Notes under the pieces: generated by a model
What the model saw: the letters and a program-made list of their open reading frames with translations, nothing else
What the model was told of the DNA's origin: nothing
Databases searched by the model: none
Shown here: piece by piece, positions 24,535 through 34,498 of the stretch
Position numbering within the stretch: position 1 is the first letter of the stretch
Layout: each line of letters opens with the position of its first letter
Source of the DNA: Hamiltosporidium tvaerminnensis FI-OER-3-3
Taxonomy: Eukaryota > Fungi > Microsporidia
Reading direction: 5' to 3'
DNA length: 64,000 nucleotides
NCBI GenBank assembly: GCA_022605425.2
Contig: CM061255.1
Span: forward strand, 248,001-312,000
Translations under genes and position numbers: made by a program

Positions 24535-26285
24535 AATCCATATTCATTTTTTAAGTTTTCCCATTTCACATTATTGTTACAAAGTTGTTGGATTAAAATT
24601 GGTATTTTTTCAAGAGGTACTCTTATTTGTTCCATGGTGTCTCTTTCTCTAATAGTTGCTTTTTTATCAGACATACTTTGTAAATCAATGGTAATGAAAA
24701 ATGGAACACCTATTTCATCATTTGAAGCATATTTTCTACCTATTGAAACATTTCTTGTGTTTATTGAGAAACTAATATCGTTTTTTGACATTTCTTCTTT
24801 TAAATTTGTAAGTAATAATTGTAGAGATGGTGTTTGTTTTAAAAGAGTTATTACGGCTTTTAAAGGAGCCATACGTGGTACAAATTTCATTACTCCTCTT
24901 TCTTTATCTTCTTTTCTGGTATAAAAAGAATGTTCACACAAACAATAAATTATTCTTCCAATACCAAAACTTGGTTCAATTACACCGGGAACAAATTCTT
25001 CAACGTAAATATTTTTTTTGTTTCGAATAAATTTTATTTCAATATTTTGAAAAGTTAAAATATTATTTTTTAAATTCTTAGAAATAAATTCTTCGGGTAA
25101 ATTATTTAATTCTTTTAAAAAATCACCGGTTTTTTCTTTTAAAATTGATGCGATCGCTTTTTTATCAATTTCTGGTTTCCAAAACTCTACAGATTTAGGT
25201 TCTGAATACTGAATATGAGCATTAAGATTGGTTTTTGAAGCCATTTGATGTTGTGTTAGATCGTAACACGATCTATCTGCAATTCCTACACACTCAATCC
25301 ATCCGTATGAACAGTATATTTCTGCATCCCAACAATCACATGCATAATGTGCCATTTCATCTTTTTTATGTTGTCGAAATCTTAAATATTCCTCGTTTAT
25401 TCCAATTTTTTCTAAAAATATTTTTGTTCTTCCAATAAAATATCCAAGAGACTGATTATTAATTATTTTATTTTTAACGGCATCTCCAATACTCATTTTT
25501 TCAGTTTTTTGAATTTCATTTTCTTTACTAAAATGTAAATTAATTTTTAAATCAGAAATAGTTTGAAATTTTGGATGATCTTTTTCTTTTGGATGAACAA
25601 AATATTCAATTTCTGCTTGTTCAAATTCCCTTACTCGTAAAAGACCAGATCGAGGAGAAATTTCATTTCTAAACACTTTTCCAATACTGGCAGAAGCAAA
25701 AGGTAATTTACTATTATTTAATTCATAAAGTTTTTTAAAATTTATAAATTGTCCTTGGGCTGTTTCTGGTCTAAGAAATGCCATATTTTGTGTTTTAGGT
25801 CCAATAAATGTCGAAAACATTAAATTAAAATATGTTGTATTACCAAGTTCATTATTATTTGGACTTTTTATTTCATAAGCTTTAATAATTTCATCACATT
25901 CTTTAATATTCAAACAGTCTAAATTATCAATAATTCTTTTTATTTGATCTGTTTCTTCCATTTTTGAAAATTCTTGTTTTAATAAATGATCTGCTCTATA
26001 GAACTCACCTGTGACTTTGTCAAAAACAAGTAAATCACAGAATTTATCAACATGACCACTCGCCTTTAAAACTTCATATGGTGTCAAAATTGTTGTATCT
26101 AATTCGTACATCATCTCTTCTATTATAAAAAATTTACGCCAAAAATTTATAAAATTGTTTTTTAGAGGACATCCGTACGGTCCATAGTCATATAAACCTG
26201 ATACACCTCCATAAATGTGAGCTGATGGTGAAATAAAAAAATTCTTTTTTAAAAGTCTTTCAACTTTTTCTTGCTCAAATTCCAT
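24504..26285 (-). CDS. GRS1: Glycyl-tRNA synthetase (eukaryotic homodimeric type)
   Basis: IYGGVSGLYDYGP, LRPETAQGQF, FRNEISPRSGLLRVREFEQAEIE, VIEPSFGIGR and the anticodon domain SIGRKY. The probable start is ATG 26285 (MEFEQ, preceded by CCC), not the TTG at 26348. Confidence 0.97.
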   Translation of the reverse strand: MEFEQEKVERLLKKNFFISPSAHIYGGVSGLYDYGPYGCPLKNNFINFWRKFFIIEEMMYELDTTILTPYEVLKASGHVDKFCDLLVFDKVTGEFYRADHLLKQEFSKMEETDQIKRIIDNLDCLNIKECDEIIKAYEIKSPNNNELGNTTYFNLMFSTFIGPKTQNMAFLRPETAQGQFINFKKLYELNNSKLPFASASIGKVFRNEISPRSGLLRVREFEQAEIEYFVHPKEKDHPKFQTISDLKINLHFSKENEIQKTEKMSIGDAVKNKIINNQSLGYFIGRTKIFLEKIGINEEYLRFRQHKKDEMAHYACDCWDAEIYCSYGWIECVGIADRSCYDLTQHQMASKTNLNAHIQYSEPKSVEFWKPEIDKKAIASILKEKTGDFLKELNNLPEEFISKNLKNNILTFQNIEIKFIRNKKNIYVEEFVPGVIEPSFGIGRIIYCLCEHSFYTRKEDKERGVMKFVPRMAPLKAVITLLKQTPSLQLLLTNLKEEMSKNDISFSINTRNVSIGRKYASNDEIGVPFFITIDLQSMSDKKATIRERDTMEQIRVPLEKIPILIQQLCNNNVKWENLKNEYGLFVFKEEQNI

Positions 26286-28594
26286 GGGTATAAAACCTTT
26301 TTTTTTGATAAAAAAATATTTACAATATAGTTTTCTTAAAGAGCTCAAGATATGTAAAATAAAATTTATTGCAAATAGTTTTTTTAAAAGAAGACAGGAT
26401 ATTTAAAATAAAATAAATTTTAAGAAAAATGGTTTTTTTCTTGATTTTTTGTTTGGTTTAAATTACCATCAGCTGTTCGTTTGATATTTTTTTATAATTG
26501 ACTGCTTTGCTATATTCCAAACTAATGGGTCGATTAAGTCATATTATTAACGCTTTTAGATTCAATAAGTCAGGTGTTGTATCGCCTGAAACTCTCGTTG
26601 AAAGCATCTGTAGTATAGGCATGAGGTTTCTATGCTTTAAATGTCTTTGTACTGAATTATTTATACTTCTGCATGGCTCTTTTCGAAATTTGGTTTTGAT
26701 AGTGATTGAATTTTTAGATTGAAATAAATGAATTCGGCGTTCCTTTAAAACACAGTTGATACTTTTTATATCAAAATTTATACCCGTAATCAGAGACTTA
26801 TGAGGCACATTGTCTGGTTTTACTTATATTCACACACTCTTTTTATCTTAAGCGAAATATTTTCTAACCTAAATGGTTGAATAAGATTTCGATGGTTTGC
26901 CAGAAACTCTTAGCTTCAAAATTTTTTGGTTTCAAAGATTTAAACCAAATCCTAGTGAACGGAGTCACAAGTTCAATGTGTCTTTTTGCATTACTTTTTT
27001 TATCTAAAATAAATGTATCTTTCTTTTATTCGGAATCTAAAAAAATGTTTTTATCCTTGTATTCATCTTATTTTTCCACATTTATCTCAATATTTTTTCG
27101 AACAAAGTGACTCGAAGTTCATTTTGATAACTTTAATTTTTATTTATGAAGAAGAAGTGAAGTAAAAATTAAACTACATCTTTGTAATGCTTTTATAGTT
27201 GTTTCTGGATATTTTTACATCTACTTTCGAAATCATTCCATAATGATCTTATGAGATTCTAAAATATTGACACGTGCTTTCTGCTAACCAATAGTTTTAT
27301 GTAATTTGAATTTACCAGAATAATAGTTTACCGTTATCAAAAGTTTCGTTGCTTAAGTCATATACAAGTGCCGTGAACAAAAAACAAATTATTTTTCAAT
27401 ATAATATAACATTAAATGTCATTTTTTTTCTTGTTATTTAGATATATTGATAGATGGTTAAACTTTGCTATTTTTTGTTAGTGAATTTTTTCCTATCTAT
27501 ATCAAATCAAATGATTCCTTTGATCACTACAAAATATCTTTATTATTCTTTACCGCAGAAATCAACTCATTAAAATTTTCACCTTAAATTTCGTTAATAA
27601 ATAGGTAGAAAAGCTATATTATGTTTTTTATTTACCACGAGGTTTTTTTCAATGGTAAAATTGAACAACCATATACGTTTCTTAATTTAGAGATGTCCAC
27701 GTGTATTATTTTTGTCCAAAATGGATATATTTTATCATTAAATTCGGAGAAATATTAGTTTTAAATTTATTATACACTTAATTGTAAGTCTATAGACAAT
27801 ATTGCAGATAATACCTGCTTAATTTTCATGTTTTAATTTAGTGACAAAAGGCTTTCGGCAAAAATTACTAAAACCTTCACTTTGCTTTTTTCAAAGTAAA
27901 CAACTGCAAAGCTAGTTTTTTATCTTATTTTCAAAATATTTATAGGGATTCAAAGCATATATAAAAGATGTTTTTTAAGTAATGACTAATAAAATGTTTA
28001 GTTTTATGGAAAAACTACATTAATTCAGCACTCACAAGGTGTTGATCTATTATATAGAAAGTATTTGAAATCATTTTATCCAAAGAATTAAATTTTTTGG
28101 TTTTAACGTGTTCTCGCATATATACATATTTGTGTATTTGCAACTCGAAAAATTCATACCTTAAAAGCATAATAAAAATTCAAACGGCGTTCTTTAATTA
28201 TTCTTCTTCCAAATTTGTTTCTAATGATTTGCCCGAAGCCTAATTCTATATAATTTTTTGATTCTGATATATTTAATTGACAAAGATTTATATCAAGATG
28301 TTTTGTGTGATAAAACATTTTTAAAAGATGTTTGATTGAAGAATTATATGCCTGTTTTGAATTTATCATGTGTATTCTCCACTTTTTAGAATCTTAATAT
28401 TTAGGCTTAAATTTATATAATTTCTGTGATTATTATTCTTTGAATTCGAAACTTAACTATCTTTTTTTAGCAAACTTATAGTTTTTACATTAAAACGTAA
28501 ACCCTTTCGGATTGAAATAAATCAATAAAATTATTCGTTAAAAATTATGTAAAAATATGTAGTTTAAGATATTATAACTCAACAAGATAAATTT

Positions 28595-29300
28595 ATTTAA
28601 ACATATCAACTCATTTTGAAATAGTGGCACGTGTTATATTTGTTTTCATGAAATTAACGCAGTTATAGGTTTAACATAGATAACTGATACCTTGACACTC
28701 TATCGGTACCACCTGCGATACATACGTACCATAGCCTTTCATCTATCAGGTGTATAGAACCTAATATATAGGCTAAACAGTTTCCCGTAGCTCCTTAATG
28801 TCCGTTGCATGGAGTGTGATTGAAGGCCGAAGCCCCCTGGGCTCCCCCAAGACTATGCAGCATTCCCACTTACGCTACACTTTCCGAATCCAATAAACTT
28901 CTAGCTAAGATATATTTCATAGACTTACATGGTGTCTACCTAGACGGTCCAATGTCATACCAACAGGTAAACCTGCTACTTAGCTCTCCCGGCTTTCAAT
29001 GGTTTTTTTTCTAAATCTCTCGGCGCTAAGTTTTCTAACCCGAGTGAGCAGGCTAGGCTCCCATGCTTTTAAACGGAAATTACCTACATGTTCGGCTGCA
29101 ATCTATATACATAAAAAACTACAAATAAATTTGCACAAAAAATTTCGCTATTTCGTAGACCTCTCTTCCTCATAGAAATTCAAATGGAACAACCAGAATT
29201 GTAATTGATTCATTTCACTAAAAATACAAATAATAATCTTCTCACATTTTCATCTTCAAGCAGATTATTTATTTGTTATTCTCCCTCTCTATAAATATGA
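28595..29300 (-). repeat. Dispersed ~700-bp structured non-coding family, copy B (well preserved)
   Basis: The reverse complement aligns with 32836-33570. The core has long identical runs such as GAAATATATCTTAGCTAGAAGTTTATTGG and TAAGTGGGAATGCTGCATA. Confidence 0.93.
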
Positions 29301-30809
29301 TAAAATAGCTTATTGCGTTTTTTTGTAAATTTTTTTATAAACTTCCCAAGTATATATGATTTCTGTTATTTTTTCTATACATTTGAAAAAAATTCTGATC
29401 ATTTAATTACTAGGAACTAGATACTATCATAGAGTCGATATTTTTGATCCAAATATATGTTATATGCCAACCTTTTATATATTTTTTCTACTACAATAGA
29501 CAATGAATTAAATTTCTAATATATATTTCTGAGTTATTAATTTGTTTGACTATTAAGAAGTTCAAGGCAAACCAAAATTAACATATAAAGACAAAATAAT
29601 GATTTTGCATGATTTCAAAAAAATATGTTTAACGAAAGGCTATTCCATTCCTCTGTGTATTGCAATCTATTTGTTTCTATTTTGTTTTATCCTTCTTTTA
29701 TATTCGACTTTTCTTCCTCTTTCGAGTTTATTATGTATATTTTCTGCCTTTTTTAATAGGTTGTGATCCAAAAATGATGAAGTTCGCTACACAATTCATC
29801 TTTCTTTATTTATCTATAAAATATTGGTGCAATGATATTTGCGTATTTCTGGACATTGTATGCAATCTCGCAAACTTTTCGTACCTCTTAAAGTTAATAT
29901 ATGTTTTTTTTCGTCCATCAAAAGAAAACGGTAGTATTGTTTGTTAATTTTTTCGACGCTATATCTCACTTTTCTTATCGATATTTTGGGCTTCTTATAA
30001 TAATTTATAAGATATTTGGATGCACGCAATATTGTAGTATCACATGAAGCAGCATTTCCTCAAAGAAATATAAATAAGACTGGAATCATTGATTAATAGA
30101 GCGAAATCCCGCATTTTTTTATTTTATCCATTTGAAGCTAATCATATGAAGAATTCTCACTTGGTTAAGTGTTGTACTATATATATTCTGGTAATAATAA
30201 ATTTATAATTATCGCCTTGAATTTTATATCGAGTTTGATTCTGATACGTTTAAGCTTATTTGCAAATACATATCTTAAAGATTCCTCTGCCAAAGTGACT
30301 ATTAATTTTTTTTAAAGAATTTAATAAATATTTATTCCAAGTGAAGTAAACGAAGACACGCAAAAACATCATCGTAACAACTAATATAGTCATTTCTAAA
30401 TATTTTTTTTGCTCGATCGCTAAATACTATCTATTCCCGAAACGCAAATCCTTTTAAAATTTAATTTTCGAAGTTTTAATTTATCGAAGGATAAATTTTT
30501 TATTTTAGATAAAAAAATAACCTTACATCCTATGCTTAAATTTTTTTTCCCAATCCATTTGGTTAACTACTCTTTACCAAATATATTATTAACAGAAAAT
30601 AAATATTTTTTATACCTTTAAAATAAACCCGAAAAATCTCTACAAAAAACTCGAATTATTCAACAATAGACCATTTAAATTTAAATCTTAAGCAAATTTT
30701 GAGAAATAGGAAGTAATAATTTTAATAATTAAAGTCTTTAAATCTAAAAGCTAATAAATAAATATTATATTCATAAAACAGTGTTATATTTAATAAACAA
30801 AAGCAACAT

Positions 30810-32594
30810 TTAAAAACCGCATGTATCACTTTGTGCATCATAAAAAATATCAAGTAATGGTTGTTCCTGTGTCTTAACACCCTCCTCCTTTTTGGTTCCT
30901 TTGATTTCTTTGATCATCCCTTCGATTTCATCTAATAATTCACAAGACAATTCATCCTCATATATAGTTTTATAATTACGAGTGAGACCAATAAAATCAA
31001 GTCCAAATCTTGGTTTTTTAAAAAAATCAGAAATATAATCGTGGCCAGATTTCAAGGGAATTTGATATTTATTATAATGATTTATATTTTTTTCTTCGAA
31101 CATTATACATTTATCTTCAAAAAGAAACCCATAAATATTATTTTTAAGGCTAAAGGCAGCGAAACCGTCGATATCGTACGAACACACTCTGGTATCAAAT
31201 AAATTATTTCGAGAAGTATACTGAAAAACACCTCTTTTGTTATAAAATATCAAATCTCTTTCGCCTATATACATTTTGCAGTTTCTTAAAAATACACCTA
31301 TTTCATCACAAAATGTTATTCCTGTTCGTATATCTGGTATTCTATAAATTCTCATAAAGCAAAATATATACAAACCGTTTTCATATTTATTTATTTTTGT
31401 AATATCTTCATTAAACACCATCAAAACTGTCAAATTGCTATATATTGGATTCTTTTTATCAAAATCATAATTTGGTCTTTCAAAACCCTTTTTCTTTGAT
31501 ATTTTTGTATATTTATATTCAGGAATCATTAATTTTAATTTTTTAGTTTTGTCAACATCCGATTTTTTCAATTTATTTTTCTCCACTGTATCTTTTCTTA
31601 AATCATTTGAAATGTTCGCTTTATTCCCTTTATTTTTTTTGTTCAATCTATTTTCTGTATTCTCTTTATTTATTTTATTCTCATTACTCATTTTACTCTC
31701 TTTATTCACATTAAACACTTTACTAATTTTATTCTCATTACTCTCTATACTTTCTTTAGTTTCTTCACATTCTTCATTCGCATTAGACACTTTGCTTATT
31801 TTATTCTCATTAGACACCTTACTTATTTTATTCTCATTACTCTCTATACTTTCTTTAGTTTCTTCACTTTCTTTATTCACATTGCTTTTCTTTTTTTCTA
31901 ATTTTTTTTTCTCCTTACTTTTTGCTCCTTTCTTTGGATTTCTAAGCTCAATATTTTCTTTGATACTGGAATCTAGATTTCTTAATTTAAACAACGGATT
32001 TTGTTTTATTGTTGAACTTCTAAGATCAACGAGAATAAGATGTCTAATAAGAGAAACAACTACAAGACGAGGGTGCTGAAGTACACGTATAAACAATGGT
32101 TTGGGTAGATAATGTGCATACGTACTACGTTGTCTTACCTCTCCGTATATGCTTATACAAGTATCGGTTAAAATAAAAAGTTCGTTGGTAATTTCGGAAA
32201 AATCAAAATCTATAATATTAGACATTTGAATACATTTCAATACTTTTTGATTAGCAGTATAAAGATAATTTTTTGCTATGAGATATATTACAGAAGGCGT
32301 GACTATTAAACTTTTTACTTCTTCATTTACTTTGAATGAATATGATTTATTTGAATCGATATCTCTAACATGAAATTCTTTATTATTAATACTGTAAATT
32401 ATTGAAGATGCAGATATTATTTCGAAAGTTTTCATGCGGCCAAAAAATTTAATTGATGTTGCATTTTTTACAACAGTGGGAAAAAAAGAAGGGATTGGTG
32501 ATAACTTATCTGGTCTTTGGAATGTAAACGTACCGTTTTTATATGATACCGGACCGAGATGAAATGGTAAAAACTTTGGTTTACACCTTTCCAT
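30810..32594 (-). CDS. Hypothetical protein, probable beta-propeller with a Lys/Glu/Asn repeat insertion; possible TAF1C/Rrn6 homologue
   Basis: Intact 594-aa ORF with CCC-ATG. Short beta-strand pattern, QHPRLVVV..LVDLR motif, C-terminal GF, internal repeats (EETKESIESNENKISKVS). The ORF is solid; the function is tentative. Confidence 0.75.
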   Translation of the reverse strand: MERCKPKFLPFHLGPVSYKNGTFTFQRPDKLSPIPSFFPTVVKNATSIKFFGRMKTFEIISASSIIYSINNKEFHVRDIDSNKSYSFKVNEEVKSLIVTPSVIYLIAKNYLYTANQKVLKCIQMSNIIDFDFSEITNELFILTDTCISIYGEVRQRSTYAHYLPKPLFIRVLQHPRLVVVSLIRHLILVDLRSSTIKQNPLFKLRNLDSSIKENIELRNPKKGAKSKEKKKLEKKKSNVNKESEETKESIESNENKISKVSNENKISKVSNANEECEETKESIESNENKISKVFNVNKESKMSNENKINKENTENRLNKKNKGNKANISNDLRKDTVEKNKLKKSDVDKTKKLKLMIPEYKYTKISKKKGFERPNYDFDKKNPIYSNLTVLMVFNEDITKINKYENGLYIFCFMRIYRIPDIRTGITFCDEIGVFLRNCKMYIGERDLIFYNKRGVFQYTSRNNLFDTRVCSYDIDGFAAFSLKNNIYGFLFEDKCIMFEEKNINHYNKYQIPLKSGHDYISDFFKKPRFGLDFIGLTRNYKTIYEDELSCELLDEIEGMIKEIKGTKKEEGVKTQEQPLLDIFYDAQSDTCGF

Positions 32595-32835
32595 GGGTTA
32601 TACACAAATTATTTTTAAAATGTAAATTTTCAAAAAAAAAATCGTTTTTTTAATTTAAATATTTAAAGATTAAAAAAAAATCGATTTAACTTGTGGTTAT
32701 TTAAATGTGATATCATTATTTAGAGTTCGTAAAGTACTACTCTTGGTACTTTTTTTTACAAATTCTAAATATACAACCAATATTTGAAAATATAAATGTT
32801 TAAAATGTATTGTATAATATTTTTAAATATTGTCT

Positions 32836-33570
32836 TTTATGTCACTGGTGGAGGGAGGATAACCGCTTAAAAAACTTTCTGCTTGGCAATGAGTGTGTGA
32901 AACTGTTTTAAGATTATTGTTTAGATTTTTGGTGGAAATAAAACCACACATCATCTTCAGTTGTTCCATGGGAGTTGTTAGGAGGAGAAGAGGTCTAAGA
33001 AATGAAGAAACTTTTTCTACGATTTATTTTTAGTTTTTGACGTAACCAGATTGCCGACTGCAGCTAAACATGTAGGTAATTTCCATGTAAAAGCATGGAA
33101 ACCTAGCCTTGCTCACTCGAGTTAGAAGACTTAGCGCCTGGGAGATATAAAACAAAAAACCATTTAAAGCCAGGAAAGCTAAGTAGCAGGTTATATCTGT
33201 TGGTATGACATTGCACTGTCTAGGTGGACCTCATGTAAATCTCTGAAATATATCTTAGCTAGAAGTTTATTGGGTTCGGAAAGTGTAGAGTAAGTGGGAA
33301 TGCTGCATATTCTTGGGGGAGCCCAGGAGGGGGCTTCGGCCTTCGATCACATTCCATGCAACGGACATTAAAGAAAATAGGGCAACCCTCGCCTAGTAAT
33401 TAGGTGCTACACACCTGGTAGATGAAAGGGTCTGGGGCTTAGGTATCGCAGGGGTTACTGATGGAGTGTTGGGTAGCAGTTATTTCTGTTAAACCTAGAA
33501 CTGCTTTAATGCCATTTAAACACATATAAAACTCGCCACTATTTTAAAAAAGATGTGATACTTTTAAATA
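32836..33570 (+). repeat. Dispersed ~700-bp structured non-coding family, copy C (well preserved; candidate ncRNA or SINE-like)
   Basis: GC-richer island with no long ORF. Hairpins TTTCCATG/CATGGAAA, ACTTAGC/GCTAAGT, TCTTGGG-GGAG-CCCAGGA, GGGGGC-TTCG-GCCTTC and GCAGTT/AACTGC. Confidence 0.93.
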
Positions 33571-34498
33571 AAAAAATTTACAAACCTTAAAAAAAATCTA
33601 AAAGAGGTTTAAAAAATTTTTTTTTGGTTCTTATATGGGTAAACTCCTCATATAGATTTGACATCATAATACTTTTATTTTATGAATCAAAAAAAAAAGT
33701 TATCAATTTTCTTATTTGTCTTGATCATTGTTCAAATTGACCGTAACTTATAAGACACCCTTTAACATCCAATTGCCTTGATAACACCGTTACTACAATA
33801 CTTATAATAACCTCTTTTATTAATCTATCTTTATTTAAAAACGATCTCTTTATTAAAAAAATAACATACTTTATTTAGATTAAATAGACAAACATATATA
33901 TACATTTATTCGTTTTTAGACATATATATAGATACATTTGTTCTATACTTCATATTTATTTATTTTTATTTTTATCTGAAATCCGCTATATATCTTCTTC
34001 GTGTATTCTATTTCATGGATATTACTATCGGTCTATAACCCAAGCTTTGCTAATTCCCGAATAACAACAGATTAAATGAAAGAGATTTAAAACTTTTATT
34101 TAACATCCTCGACACAGAAAAGTAGAATAGGAATGGAATATTAGGTACGTAAGTAATATTACTACAGGTTGCTTGTTAAAAACTAAAAAGTTTTTAAACA
34201 ATAAAGTATAATGATTAGAGATAAATTTGAAAATGCGCAATTATAAAAATTTGTTTGTGTAAGCTATTTGTTTTGTGTTTTCCTAAGAATTTAATTCGCG
34301 TTTAGATTTTGGGCTATAAGAAAATTAAATGTATTTTGTTCGTACAGTATAAATAAGCTGTTATCTCTATAAGTATTATCGTTATCATAAACAATTACAA
34401 CTTTAGATAGCTATTTTAGAAAATATCTTGATTGCTAAGATTATCGAATTGCCATTTATAGTAATAAAATCTATATAAAATCCGAAAAAAATTACTCC

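Noticed and set aside
26460-27900. Possible decayed gene remnants (also about 37900-39300 and 60700-61700)
   Set aside because: Only short ORFs without diagnostic motifs, so no family can be assigned by eye.
28735-28752. Hammerhead-like CTGATAGATGAAA in copy B (minus strand)
   Set aside because: Does not match CUGANGA, has no stem II, and is CTGGTAG in copy C.
28820-29014. Small ORFs within the dispersed repeat (also 12695-12946)
   Set aside because: Frames are not conserved between copies; indels and stops differ.
29033-29042. CTAACCC as a telomerase-template-like sequence
   Set aside because: Not conserved in other copies and on the strand opposite the inferred RNA.
33170-33190. CCAGG-N10-AGCAGG resembles SRP RNA helix 8, with a GGAG loop like helix 6
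   Set aside because: The inner 10 nt do not form a stem plus GNRA loop, copy B has CCGGG, and the GGAG hairpin is on the wrong side.
33283-33300. GTGTAGAGTAAGTGGGA resembles the LSU rRNA L1-stalk; CTGGGGC and CTGTTAAAC also occur downstream
   Set aside because: Spacing between the motifs does not match rRNA and the universally conserved flanks are absent, so it is not called rRNA. An Rfam search is still worthwhile.
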